A stretch of DNA of 64,000 nucleotides, taken from IMG/VR virus record IMGVR_UViG_3300025652_000055, positions 3,272-67,271 of that record; one strand, written 5' to 3'. This document shows, one piece after another, positions 51,445 to 60,397 of the stretch (positions within the stretch are counted from its first letter, which is position 1; every line of letters begins with the position of its first letter). Both the position numbers and the translations under genes were made by a program. Source of the stretch: a virus. Below the pieces are notes generated by a model. It ran no database searches, was not told the DNA's origin, and saw nothing but the letters and a program-made list of their open reading frames with translations.

Positions 51445-53166
51445 TTACTCCCAAGGCATTTTCTCTTGTGAAATATTTAATGGCTCATGAGGTATAAAAC
51501 AACCTGACTTTGGCTCCCATTTAAAATGGGCTTCAGCACCATTCTCACCAAGGTTTTGAAACTTAACCTTAAGAACTTTAGCTTTAACAGTTTTTGCTTC
51601 ATAGTCTCTATGAACTAATATACCGTGGTAACTAGCATCATACCATTCACCACCACCTTTAATATTGTACATAGATGGTTCTTCCATTTTACCTTCTTTG
51701 TCTTTGTACATTTTAGTTGGGTGAGCAACTATAAATACTAATACGTCATACTTTTTAGCAAAGATCTCTATCTTAGCTAAGTATTCCATTGTGTACCTAT
51801 TTACATCATCAGAACCTCCGACGTCTCTAACCTTATTAAAAGGATCAATGACTAAGCATTTAATACCTTTACGTTTAACAAGCTCAGCTCCTTTACGTAG
51901 CACAGACTCTAATGTATAACGCTCCATATCAATGTGAAAATAGTTAGCGTTACAATGGTCAGCAATTTGATTCCATTTGTCTCCATGTATATCTTCAGCT
52001 GTTGGCATACCTTGCCAAGTCTTACGCATTAACTTATGAGCATGTAAATAAGTCGGTTGATTTTCTGGCGAAGCAAACGCTGTTTTCCAGCCATAGTTCG
52101 CGTTATATCCGACAACCATCTGATCCACAAAGTCTGATTTACCGGAGCTCGGAATACCAGTGACAGTAATAAATTGACCAGTGTAAGTTGAAAAGATGTC
52201 ATCAAAATTTTGAAGGCCAACTTGAAATCCTGGTTTAAAGCCATTACGAACAAAGTCCGTAACTTCATCTTCAATATCCCTGAATGTTGTAACATTCTCA
52301 AGCGGTACTGGTCTTGCTCCTGCAATACGCTCTGATAGTTTTTCTTTGCCATACTTTTGTAAATATTCATTAGCATCTTTACAATCATCAAATGATGCTA
52401 GGTAACAAACTTCAGCTCCAAGTCTACGGACTAATTCTGATTGTAGTGCTTGACCTGCTTCGTCTGAGTCAACAGCTAATATTATTTTTTCTTTATCTTC
52501 AAAATAATCAATACAATTATCAAGATAATCAAGATTATTAGAATTTAATGTAGCACCATTAGGTACAGATATACTATTAGGTATACCAGCTTCATGCAAC
52601 GCTAACACATCCATTTCACCTTCAGTTATGATACAATATTCATAACCTACTATGCTGTTTATATTATAGAATACTTTTTCAGCACCCTTATATAATTTAA
52701 AGTTCTTTCTTCCATCACGATACTTAATGTTAATAAGTTGATCGCCTATGAAATAATTAAACTTTATAGTGTTCTCGGGTTTACCGGTCTGTGGCATAAA
52801 CTCAAGACCTTCACTAACTTCTAAGTCAATCAAGGTCTGAGTTCCTATACCTCTTGTTTTGAACCATTCAATTACTTTGTCACTTAAAAACTCAGGGTGC
52901 TCAGTGGAACTAGGTGGACCAACAGGTCTAACATATTCTTTTTCACTAGCTCCTTTACGCTGATAAGTATGTAACTGAAATGATGTGTTACAATTGTGAC
53001 AAGTACCGAGACCCCGTTCCCAATCATAAGACGCACATTTTGCCTTTTGATTCTTGGGTTTTCTATCGTGAGAACAAAGTGGGCATGTGCCTTGCTTTTT
53101 TCCCTCTTCAAGCTTATGTTGATTGAATTCATCAATCAAAAATCCATTGATCTCTGTTGTCTGCAT
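51445..53166 (-). CDS. primase-helicase (T7 gp4/Twinkle-like)
   Basis: Zn finger CPLC..CHNC, TOPRIM TEGEMD and DSDEAG, Walker A GIPSSGKS, VIDP, VAHP. Confidence 0.92.
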   Translation of the reverse strand: MQTTEINGFLIDEFNQHKLEEGKKQGTCPLCSHDRKPKNQKAKCASYDWERGLGTCHNCNTSFQLHTYQRKGASEKEYVRPVGPPSSTEHPEFLSDKVIEWFKTRGIGTQTLIDLEVSEGLEFMPQTGKPENTIKFNYFIGDQLINIKYRDGRKNFKLYKGAEKVFYNINSIVGYEYCIITEGEMDVLALHEAGIPNSISVPNGATLNSNNLDYLDNCIDYFEDKEKIILAVDSDEAGQALQSELVRRLGAEVCYLASFDDCKDANEYLQKYGKEKLSERIAGARPVPLENVTTFRDIEDEVTDFVRNGFKPGFQVGLQNFDDIFSTYTGQFITVTGIPSSGKSDFVDQMVVGYNANYGWKTAFASPENQPTYLHAHKLMRKTWQGMPTAEDIHGDKWNQIADHCNANYFHIDMERYTLESVLRKGAELVKRKGIKCLVIDPFNKVRDVGGSDDVNRYTMEYLAKIEIFAKKYDVLVFIVAHPTKMYKDKEGKMEEPSMYNIKGGGEWYDASYHGILVHRDYEAKTVKAKVLKVKFQNLGENGAEAHFKWEPKSGCFIPHEPLNISQEKMPWE

Positions 53167-53183
53167 TTAATTTAATTTAATTG

Positions 53184-53291
53184 TTACTCGCCATCTCTAC
53201 AATCTGGACATATGTCGCAGAAATCTATCTCTTCTTGAGACATGCTAGCATGACACATTTGACACGCTAGCTCTCCATTGTTTCTGTACAT
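53184..53291 (-). CDS. 35-aa Cys-rich microprotein
   Basis: MYRNNGELACQMCH...FCDICPDCRDGE; start overlaps the SSB stop. Confidence 0.55.
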   Translation of the reverse strand: MYRNNGELACQMCHASMSQEEIDFCDICPDCRDGE

Positions 53292-53599
53292 TAAAATGGT
53301 AGATCATCTACAGGTTGAGCAACTGACGCGGCTTGAGCTTGTTGATCTTGTCTTGGCGCTGCCGCAACGTTGTCACCATTAGTCCAAACCACTTTTACAT
53401 TACCTAAGTAAGTTTTAGCTACTTTAGCCTCACGTTCTTCTTTAGATTGCTCGACAACAACTGGTCCTTGATTACCAAATTGATCTATCTCATCATTAAG
53501 AGTTATTGTAATTGGTAAATACTTACCTTTTTTACCTACATATATCTTATCTTTAGGGATATCATTAAGGTTTATACTTGCTTTAATTATACTTGCCAT
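53291..53599 (-). CDS. single-stranded DNA-binding protein
   Basis: Bacteroidota-phage-type SSB with C-terminal DDLPF. Confidence 0.75.
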   Translation of the reverse strand: MASIIKASINLNDIPKDKIYVGKKGKYLPITITLNDEIDQFGNQGPVVVEQSKEEREAKVAKTYLGNVKVVWTNGDNVAAAPRQDQQAQAASVAQPVDDLPF

Positions 53600-53600
53600 A

Positions 53601-53777
53601 TTAATATGCTTTTATTTGGTTAAACATCCTTGTTAATTGTTCTTTTGTAGCACCAGTATTTCTTCTCATGTTATCTACTGCTTTTACGTGGTTTTGATTT
53701 GTGTAAAAGTTGGTCTTGTTAGTTTCTAATCCTGTTACTGTGCAAATTTTTGTTTGGTTTTTTCTTGGTCTTGCCAT
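53601..53777 (-). CDS. small hypothetical protein (58 aa)
   Basis: MARPRKNQTKICTVTG...; fills the intergenic gap exactly. Confidence 0.6.
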   Translation of the reverse strand: MARPRKNQTKICTVTGLETNKTNFYTNQNHVKAVDNMRRNTGATKEQLTRMFNQIKAY

Positions 53778-53779
53778 AA

Positions 53780-54511
53780 TTAAAGTGTTTTGTTTATAAA
53801 ATATTGAGTTGGGTCAAAGCCTTCAGACTTATAAAATAATTCATAAGCCTGTACTGCTCTTTCGACTTTGTCCTTTCCTCTTTCGTAAAACTGTGGTGAG
53901 CAGTCAAAAATACCTATTTGATGTGTGTTTTTATCTATTACTATAAATAACATCTCGTAACCAAATAGTTTACTATAAATATAAGCTTGCGAGTCATAAT
54001 TATACTTGGTTGCTGAATATTTAAACTTACTAAGATCTGCTGTCGTCTTCAAATCAATGATCAGCTTTTCGTTGTGGTTTATTATATCTGCCTTACCTTT
54101 CCAATTATGACCTTCTAGCTCAGTAATGCCTGGTACTTCGTACTCTGTGTTGCTATCACGAATTAAATCTCTACATATATCATTGGCTAACATTTTTTCT
54201 GTCATGATCTCTATAGAATCTACCTCGTGCTGTAGCAAGCAAAGTTCTCCGCCTGACATCTCTTTATACGCTTTAGTGTTTCTAGTGCTAGACTCTACAA
54301 TTTTAAACTTTTTAAGTTTATCAGGTTCGAGTATAGCTGTGTGGAAATATCCACCAACTAAAAACGCCGGTCTTGGTGCCAAAGGCTTGCCTAGCGCTAA
54401 AGGGTTTGAAAGTAAAGTACTGATGTCTGAATTACTAAGGTATTTCTTACCAAAATCACCATAGTAATTAGAATCATCACGTAACTTTTCTATTGCTTCA
54501 TCTTTATTCAT
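53780..54511 (-). CDS. PD-(D/E)xK exonuclease (RecE/DUF3799-like)
   Basis: LSNSD, GGYFHTAILEP, KGKAD, IDLKTT, YDSQAYIY. Confidence 0.8.
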   Translation of the reverse strand: MNKDEAIEKLRDDSNYYGDFGKKYLSNSDISTLLSNPLALGKPLAPRPAFLVGGYFHTAILEPDKLKKFKIVESSTRNTKAYKEMSGGELCLLQHEVDSIEIMTEKMLANDICRDLIRDSNTEYEVPGITELEGHNWKGKADIINHNEKLIIDLKTTADLSKFKYSATKYNYDSQAYIYSKLFGYEMLFIVIDKNTHQIGIFDCSPQFYERGKDKVERAVQAYELFYKSEGFDPTQYFINKTL

Positions 54512-54512
54512 A

Positions 54513-55067
54513 TTATAGTGTGTTTAATGCGCCTTCTACTTCTTTAGAAAGAGCATACTTGGCTTTAATAGCCGATACTTTACCACCTGCTGCTATGTAT
54601 TGAACCGCTTTATCGTAAGCTGGATCTTTTTTAGAGGTTAAAGTTGGTTTTTGTGGCGTAAATTTGTGAATTACTTTGCCGTGATCATTAGTTGCATCAC
54701 TGTCAGCTGTATCATCAATTAGAAACAAGTTACCTAACGCATATTTTTTTGCATAAGAAGATGCACTACCGAACTGCTGAGGTACGTTCATACCTTTTTG
54801 GTTCAAGTCTACACCGACGATAGCAGTAGCGTGTATAGCATTGTCGCCGTCACTTACAGACGCAGTAGACTGCATCATAGGGACAGGATCAACACTGAGT
54901 ATTTGCTCATTGATTGTTACCGTAACTCCTAACTCTAATAGAAAGGGTTTTGTTGCTTCGAGAATGTCTTCGGCTGATCTGAAGTTGTACTTGCCGAATG
55001 AATTAAATCTTGATTTTTTAGATTTAAATTTTGTCTGGATCGTAGCCAGTTTTTCATTTAAGTTCAT
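54513..55067 (-). CDS. ERF-family ssDNA annealing protein
   Basis: FGKYNFRSAEDI...GSASSYAKKYAL..LFLIDD. Confidence 0.85.
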   Translation of the reverse strand: MNLNEKLATIQTKFKSKKSRFNSFGKYNFRSAEDILEATKPFLLELGVTVTINEQILSVDPVPMMQSTASVSDGDNAIHATAIVGVDLNQKGMNVPQQFGSASSYAKKYALGNLFLIDDTADSDATNDHGKVIHKFTPQKPTLTSKKDPAYDKAVQYIAAGGKVSAIKAKYALSKEVEGALNTL

Positions 55068-55138
55068 ATGGTTTTTATTTGGTCTATATATATAATCACA
55101 TATAAACGTTATTAATTAAATTTTATTTTTCGCTTAAC

Positions 55139-55894
55139 TTACAGGTAGTCAATCACTTGCGATGGCTTTGTGTTTGCTATTAAGCTTTTAATACCATCTC
55201 TTTTTATCTGTGAAACTCTAACTATTGCCGTGTTAACTTTCATGTTTAGTTTCTTAGCTATTTGTATCGCGGAGTGTTTATCACAGTCTAAACCATAACT
55301 CATTCTAACAACCTCTCCTTGCTCATGAGTTAAGTGTTCTTTTATTAAACCCATTAAGTAAGCGTTCATTAGATGAATATTATAAGATGGAGTTTTATCT
55401 TCTATATTGTATATAGGATTATCATCGCTTCTTGTTGACTCATCAATACTAGAAAATATTGAGTTGAAAAACATTGCCACCATTTTATCATCTTCAGGGT
55501 TATTTCTTATTTCATTAAGCTTATGTTCTGGTATACGTATATCACCCCGTTTCATATCAATTGCTCTACGTATTTGACCTTTTATTCTTTTTGATAGAAA
55601 AGATTTTAATGTTTTTTCTACGTCAGGTGATTCGTCTATCATTTGCCAGTCTATTTTATCTACTGCTAAAATCAAACCTATACTACCTTCTTGTAATAAG
55701 TCATTTATACTTAGAACACCTGAAGCCTGCTGTGATGTAGCAAACTTTCTAGCTAAGCTTTCTACTAAAGGAAGAAATTTTATTATAAGTTCTTTTCTTG
55801 TATACTCGTCATAAAACTTACCTTCAAGATTTGCTATAGATGTCTTAACATCTTCTTTGTATCTTATGTAGTTTTGTATGTTATATTTTTTCAT
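55139..55894 (-). CDS. sigma-70 family RNA polymerase sigma factor
   Basis: Region 2 FLPLVESLARKF...DLLQEGSIGLILAVDK; region 4 HTH with RVSQIK. Confidence 0.85.
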   Translation of the reverse strand: MKKYNIQNYIRYKEDVKTSIANLEGKFYDEYTRKELIIKFLPLVESLARKFATSQQASGVLSINDLLQEGSIGLILAVDKIDWQMIDESPDVEKTLKSFLSKRIKGQIRRAIDMKRGDIRIPEHKLNEIRNNPEDDKMVAMFFNSIFSSIDESTRSDDNPIYNIEDKTPSYNIHLMNAYLMGLIKEHLTHEQGEVVRMSYGLDCDKHSAIQIAKKLNMKVNTAIVRVSQIKRDGIKSLIANTKPSQVIDYL

Positions 55895-56504
55895 TTTCCA
55901 TGTTTAATATTTCTTTTTCGTCTCTTAACTGTTTAGTTAAATTACGTTGAACTGTTCTAGTAGAGCAATCGAGTAGACCTGCTATTTTTGACCATGTTAT
56001 ATTCTCATATTTATAAGATATATCTAACATAGCTTGATATATAGCTTCTGCATCTACTCTACTTGACCTACCTATTAACCTACCTACAATGCTCATCTTC
56101 TCACTAGGTGTTAACCCACAATAGTCTTTAAATATTATTTTACGCATTTTATTAACTGGAGGTTCTCCACCAGTATTGAAAACATCGTCAATCATTTCTT
56201 GTAGTTTTTTATCACTGATAAAGAAGGTAACAAAACCATTCTGCTTGTCAGCTATAAACTCATACACATGAGATGGTAGTAAACCATTCTCTTGATTTAA
56301 ATAATATAAAACTAAAAAATGCCATTTTAAAGATCTATACGTTGTGATCTTTGCTTTAGAACGAAACAAGTGGTAACATTCATATGTACCACCTGCGTAG
56401 TATCTATATAAAGAGGTTTCTTCAGTCGGTTTATCGTTAATAGGGTCTTGTCTGTACCTTACTCTACGTTCATTCAACCATTTCATGTTTCTATCTTGTG
56501 ACAT
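55881..56504 (-). CDS. hypothetical protein with C-terminal HTH
   Basis: ITWSKIAGLLDCSTRTVQRN. Confidence 0.6.
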   Translation of the reverse strand: MSQDRNMKWLNERRVRYRQDPINDKPTEETSLYRYYAGGTYECYHLFRSKAKITTYRSLKWHFLVLYYLNQENGLLPSHVYEFIADKQNGFVTFFISDKKLQEMIDDVFNTGGEPPVNKMRKIIFKDYCGLTPSEKMSIVGRLIGRSSRVDAEAIYQAMLDISYKYENITWSKIAGLLDCSTRTVQRNLTKQLRDEKEILNMENEKI

Positions 56505-56629
56505 TAGGGTCTTACTTTAGTATTCTTAGGGGCTTTTGTCAGCCTAGGTTTAATAAAATTTTTAATTTTAGTTCTTATACCGAAGGAATCGGTTGTTATA
56601 ATGTGCTTATATAATTTTAATCTACTCAT
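56504..56629 (-). CDS. small basic hypothetical protein (41 aa)
   Basis: MSRLKLYKHII...; stop overlaps the next start. Confidence 0.45.
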   Translation of the reverse strand: MSRLKLYKHIITTDSFGIRTKIKNFIKPRLTKAPKNTKVRP

Positions 56630-56957
56630 AAATTATTTCTATTTTTACGGCATCCCATCTTCCACCTCTTACGTCTGTGTCAACTAAAAAGTCTATTCTG
56701 TTTGTCCATCGTTTATTCATTCTATCTTGTACTGTCCATACTCCATCCATTTCTCCTGCACCTGACACTAGCACCTTAGCTCCGAATACAAAGCCTAGGT
56801 TTTCTAAATCTCTACTAACAGCAATCCATCTATGATCACCTGGGCAGCATTGTTCTATATGCGCTCCTGATGCGGTTATAAATGGTGTACTATCAGTTTG
56901 GTTAGGCTCAGCATGGTATATTGTTGCTGTTACTATAATGTACATTAGTATATTCAT
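56622..56957 (-). CDS. 3D-domain/RlpA-like cell-wall protein
   Basis: TATIYH..QTDSTPFITASG..IAVSRD..VQDRM..RIDF. Confidence 0.75.
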   Translation of the reverse strand: MNILMYIIVTATIYHAEPNQTDSTPFITASGAHIEQCCPGDHRWIAVSRDLENLGFVFGAKVLVSGAGEMDGVWTVQDRMNKRWTNRIDFLVDTDVRGGRWDAVKIEIIYE

Positions 56958-57435
56958 GTGGTCTAAATTTAAATTCTTCGTTTTTATTAGCTACTTTATG
57001 TTTCTCTTGCTCATAATAATTCCAGTAAGCTGTTATACTACAATCTGGAACTTTGTAATTTTCTGGCATACATTGAGGAGGTTCTGTAAAAGTACTGTCC
57101 GGTATACCTAGAGGTAAATGTTTTAAAGGTTCTTTGCATTTTTTTATAGTTAAATGTATTTTATTATATCTTTTAGTATATTCTTCACCTAATGCTATCA
57201 TGTGATTATAAAGCCACATATACTGTTCTGCATTTTGCCTACACCATATGGTAGACGGATGATTGTAGTGAGCTTTCTTATATGGTACTGTAACCATTGG
57301 GTAATGAAGCTCGGCGTAATGGTGATGTGCTGTGCAAAGCATTTGAGCCGACTCTAGTATCATCTTAACTTTATGCTTATCGTAAAAGTGGCTCGCTGCT
57401 TTGACTGGATCTTTATCTAAATAAAATATATTCAT
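56908..57435 (-). CDS. pyrimidine-dimer DNA glycosylase-like protein
   Basis: MNIFYLD...DKHKVKMILESAQML...HYNHPSTIW...EYTKRY..IH. Confidence 0.7.
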   Translation of the reverse strand: MNIFYLDKDPVKAASHFYDKHKVKMILESAQMLCTAHHHYAELHYPMVTVPYKKAHYNHPSTIWCRQNAEQYMWLYNHMIALGEEYTKRYNKIHLTIKKCKEPLKHLPLGIPDSTFTEPPQCMPENYKVPDCSITAYWNYYEQEKHKVANKNEEFKFRPHEYTNVHYSNSNNIPC

Positions 57436-57542
57436 TAGTATCTTCGTTTACTTGTTCTGTTGTAATGTGCATCTAATAATAAGTGTACTACTTCTTCGCT
57501 TATCATATTATCATTGTATAGTTGGTATATTAACTTACTCAT
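57435..57542 (-). CDS. small hypothetical protein (35 aa)
   Basis: Start MSKLIYQ preferred over the upstream start inside the ligase gene. Confidence 0.45.
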   Translation of the reverse strand: MSKLIYQLYNDNMISEEVVHLLLDAHYNRTSKRRY

Positions 57543-58380
57543 AGTTACGTATTGCTTTGTAAAATGGATGTCTGTAACTACCTGCTGGTGTACGTTCGAA
57601 ATAAGTAAATGTAGCACGTTTGCCTATATAGTCACCAACGTTGTCTAGTATATCTGCTAGCATTTTGTAGTTGTAACCTTTACCTGGAGGACAACCAAAC
57701 TCTACACCTTCGTCATCCATCATTAAGAATTTACCTAGTGTACCTGTTCGTTTGCCTTTACCAGGAACATAGCCTACTATAGTAGCTTCTGTGTCATGAA
57801 AGTCTTTGAACTTTTGTAAGTTGTAAGAACGTTTGCACTCGTAAGGTTTGTCAAGACGCAAGATAGAGCCTTCGTAGCCTTCATCTAAGTTAGCTTGATG
57901 CTGTATATTAGCTTGATCTTGAGTTATACGAGTAGTATACACGTGTTTAACACAATAAGAATACATATCAGAACAAGCTAGTTGATCCATTCTGTAACTA
58001 TAAGGCATGTTTAACACGGTTTCTATGTAGTCATAACAATGAAATTGTACTAATTTAGATGCCTCAGTTCTGTCAGATGGCGTTGGTTTAGTTTTTCTGA
58101 CTAATGATATGATCTTGTTAAAATCGTCTCTTAGATCGTGATTATACAACTCACCGTCAAGTATAATATCAGGGTGTTGTGTAAAGAAATAATGCAATGA
58201 ATTAGTAATGTGAGCTATATTAAGCCACGGTTTACCAGTACGTGAAAAAGCTTGTACTTCATTGTTGTCGCCGAGTTTAATTACACAACGAACGCCGTCA
58301 AGCTTAGGTTGCATATATACATTCTCGGACCAGTCGACAGGTTTTTTGTCTACTTTGTATGCGAGCATTGGTTTTATCAT
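57535..58380 (-). CDS. ATP-dependent DNA ligase
   Basis: KLDGVR, LDGELY, EGSILR, QKFK, RHP. Confidence 0.92.
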   Translation of the reverse strand: MIKPMLAYKVDKKPVDWSENVYMQPKLDGVRCVIKLGDNNEVQAFSRTGKPWLNIAHITNSLHYFFTQHPDIILDGELYNHDLRDDFNKIISLVRKTKPTPSDRTEASKLVQFHCYDYIETVLNMPYSYRMDQLACSDMYSYCVKHVYTTRITQDQANIQHQANLDEGYEGSILRLDKPYECKRSYNLQKFKDFHDTEATIVGYVPGKGKRTGTLGKFLMMDDEGVEFGCPPGKGYNYKMLADILDNVGDYIGKRATFTYFERTPAGSYRHPFYKAIRNYE

Positions 58381-58381
58381 A

Positions 58382-58624
58382 TTATTTGAATTTGTTTAGT
58401 TCTTTTTCTATTTCTATTATTTTTTTCTTTAGTTTTTCACAGGCACTATAATTTTCTTTATCTAAATTATAATCTAACTCCGTCATAGCTGTAGCTAATT
58501 GGGTTAACAGGCTTTGTTCCTGAAGTTCACGAGTGTCATACACGCCGTCTGCTTGTTGAATTATACCGTCAAGTACTAATTCTGCTATTTTACTAGCCAA
58601 CTCGTCAATTTGTTTGTCTGTCAT
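58382..58624 (-). CDS. hypothetical protein (UVR-like C-terminus)
   Basis: Likely start MTDKQ just downstream of the promoter motif; ENYSACEKLK. Confidence 0.55.
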   Translation of the reverse strand: MTDKQIDELASKIAELVLDGIIQQADGVYDTRELQEQSLLTQLATAMTELDYNLDKENYSACEKLKKKIIEIEKELNKFK

Positions 58625-58629
58625 ATTTA

Positions 58630-58660
58630 TATTATCGGTTCTCGTTCGTATTATTTTTGT
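58630..58660 (-). promoter_or_regulatory. putative early promoter, copy 1
   Basis: ACAAAAATAATACG-AACGAGAACC-GATAATA. Confidence 0.75.
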
Positions 58661-59103
58661 ATAGGCCATTCTTTGTAGCCATAATCAGGTGTATTATATC
58701 TTATATCAACATTATATGAAGGTAAAACAAATACGTTCTCAGACGAATAGTTGTCATAACAACTAATCCAAACGTCAGACTTACCTACCCATATTATATA
58801 AGTATAGTGATGGTCAATACTGTCTACACTAGGATAAAGATATTGACTATTGTAGTGAAAATCTGCAACCAAATGCGCAGCTATTCTCGATCCATCACCG
58901 AAATTGTTGAACTTTTTATATTCTTGCATGTAATTCACCCATCTAGATAAGTCAACACCAAGACCTTCAGGATAGCCGTCGTGATGTAAATACATGTTTA
59001 CATAGCTTTTGTCAGCCAGCAAAGATGGTTTACAAGCAAAACCTAGCTCGTTGTTTTCAGCTTCTGATCTGTCAACAACCATTGTTATACTTCTTGTACT
59101 CAT
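58651..59103 (-). CDS. conserved phage early protein
   Basis: MSTRS...YLHHDGYPEGLG. Confidence 0.65.
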   Translation of the reverse strand: MSTRSITMVVDRSEAENNELGFACKPSLLADKSYVNMYLHHDGYPEGLGVDLSRWVNYMQEYKKFNNFGDGSRIAAHLVADFHYNSQYLYPSVDSIDHHYTYIIWVGKSDVWISCYDNYSSENVFVLPSYNVDIRYNTPDYGYKEWPIQK

Positions 59104-59122
59104 AATTATATTTTAAAATTAG

Positions 59123-59195
59123 GTGCGCAGGGAGGACTCGAACCTCCGACCTCTAGCTTATGAGGCTAGCGAGCTGCCTGCTGCTCTACCGCGCA
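59123..59195 (-). tRNA. tRNA with CAU anticodon (Met)
   Basis: Full cloverleaf: TGCGCGG/CTGCGCA, GAGC/GCTC, CTAGC-CTCATAA-GCTAG, GGAGG-TTCGAGT-CCTCC. Confidence 0.9.
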
Positions 59196-59207
59196 ATGTG
59201 TATAGCA

Positions 59208-59477
59208 TTAGTCAAGTAATACCATATATGCTTTTACATTATTTTTCTTAAACCAGTCTAGTGCTTTATCAAAATGATTAATCTGCTGTTTAGTAGGCTT
59301 AATTCCCATAGCCCACACGTGATTACAACCCATAATGAAGTCGTATAAAGATAGCTCTATGTTATTAAGTTCATAAGTTTCACCACTAAAAGGGTTAGTA
59401 ACTTTATCACCTTCGTTATACACAGAGCCATCAAACCACTTAGGTATTTTTTGTTCAACACTATTCATCTTCAGCAT
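59208..59477 (-). CDS. hypothetical protein
   Basis: ORF with VTNPFSGE...AYMVLLD. Confidence 0.6.
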   Translation of the reverse strand: MLKMNSVEQKIPKWFDGSVYNEGDKVTNPFSGETYELNNIELSLYDFIMGCNHVWAMGIKPTKQQINHFDKALDWFKKNNVKAYMVLLD

Positions 59478-59817
59478 CTATTACATTAAAACAATCTTCT
59501 ACATAGTCACATATACATTCTTCTAAGTCAGACTCACCGTCGAATTCTATATTAGATAATCTTAGTTGGTTATCGTAGTCAATTTCAAAGTCATAAGTAT
59601 AAGAGTCTATGTTATCAAAACTTACCTGTTGTACTGCTTGATGTACAGCTTCTCTTAACTCATCTATCTGAGAAGGATAAAGCTTAGGTTTACTAATGTC
59701 AGCTAGTTTTTTCTGAGCTTCTATTAGATCGTCTTTTAGTACTTTTGCGTTTAACTCTACTGAGTTTAAAGTTGTTTCCAGTTTGTCAACTTTTTCTTGT
59801 AATTCTATTTTAGTCAT
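59461..59817 (-). CDS. hypothetical protein
   Basis: Coiled-coil N-terminus, acidic C-terminus. Confidence 0.6.
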   Translation of the reverse strand: MTKIELQEKVDKLETTLNSVELNAKVLKDDLIEAQKKLADISKPKLYPSQIDELREAVHQAVQQVSFDNIDSYTYDFEIDYDNQLRLSNIEFDGESDLEECICDYVEDCFNVIDAEDE

Positions 59818-60029
59818 AGTTCTTTATTTATTATATTATCTATTTTATTTATTAAGTAATCTTTGTCTGACATATTGCCATAATATTCTTGTAAATGCCA
59901 AGCTATATCGTGTAGCTTGTTTTCTAAAGCTGTAATATATATTTTATCATCTTGTTTAATAGGCATTTGTCTTGGATCTATATCACCAGACTCTACTAAT
60001 TCGTGGTATTTTTTTATTGTATCACTCAT
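59814..60029 (-). CDS. hypothetical protein
   Basis: 71 aa, coupled to its neighbours. Confidence 0.55.
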   Translation of the reverse strand: MSDTIKKYHELVESGDIDPRQMPIKQDDKIYITALENKLHDIAWHLQEYYGNMSDKDYLINKIDNIINKEL

Positions 60030-60268
60030 TAGCTTTTGTCTATAATTTTATCACCATACATAAAGCTATATGAATCTAGCTCCCAGCTGTTAACTCCGCC
60101 ATATGTCAATAGGTCTCTAACCTCGTCAATAGTCAAGGCTGACCATATGTATTTTGACATTAGTGTATATTTTAATCTTTTAGCTGTAGCGTATTCTCTA
60201 GCGCTAGCTCTTAATTTTAGCTTTACATCTGGTAAAAGCTCGTCGTAAATTGTTTTTAAATCTGCCAT
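60029..60268 (-). CDS. hypothetical protein
   Basis: Likely start MADLKTIY just downstream of the promoter motif. Confidence 0.6.
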   Translation of the reverse strand: MADLKTIYDELLPDVKLKLRASAREYATAKRLKYTLMSKYIWSALTIDEVRDLLTYGGVNSWELDSYSFMYGDKIIDKS

Positions 60269-60279
60269 TTGTTTTATTA

Positions 60280-60310
60280 TATTATCGGTTTTTATTCGTA
60301 TTAAATTTGT
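60280..60310 (-). promoter_or_regulatory. putative early promoter, copy 2
   Basis: ACAAATTTAATACG-AATAAAAACC-GATAATA. Confidence 0.75.
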
Positions 60311-60315
60311 ATTAG

Positions 60316-60393
60316 TGGAGGTGGACAGAATCGAACTGTCTTCCGTAATAGTTCCATATAGGCTTTCTATCACGTCAAAACCAGGTCACCCCC
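60316..60393 (-). ncRNA. mini-tmRNA-like RNA (tRNA-like domain only)
   Basis: GGGGGTG/CACCTCC-A acceptor with G3.U70; ACCTGGTTTTGAC without a D-stem; helix GTGATAG/CTATTAC; T-arm GACAG-TTCGATT-CTGTC. Confidence 0.75.
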
Positions 60394-60397
60394 ATTA

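Noticed and set aside
557-54464. Many antisense and alternative-frame ORFs in the track
   Set aside because: They are shadows of long, well-supported genes and have no motifs of their own
60029-60373. N-terminal extensions in the ORF track (60269-60373, 58625-58669, 3501-3575, 12665-12727)
   Set aside because: They overlap the ncRNA, promoter motifs or upstream genes; the downstream ATGs have typical A-rich leaders
60316-60393. tmRNA fragment as an attP integration site
   Set aside because: Both the 5' and 3' ends are present and mutually paired, and no integrase is seen in the window (one outside the window cannot be excluded)
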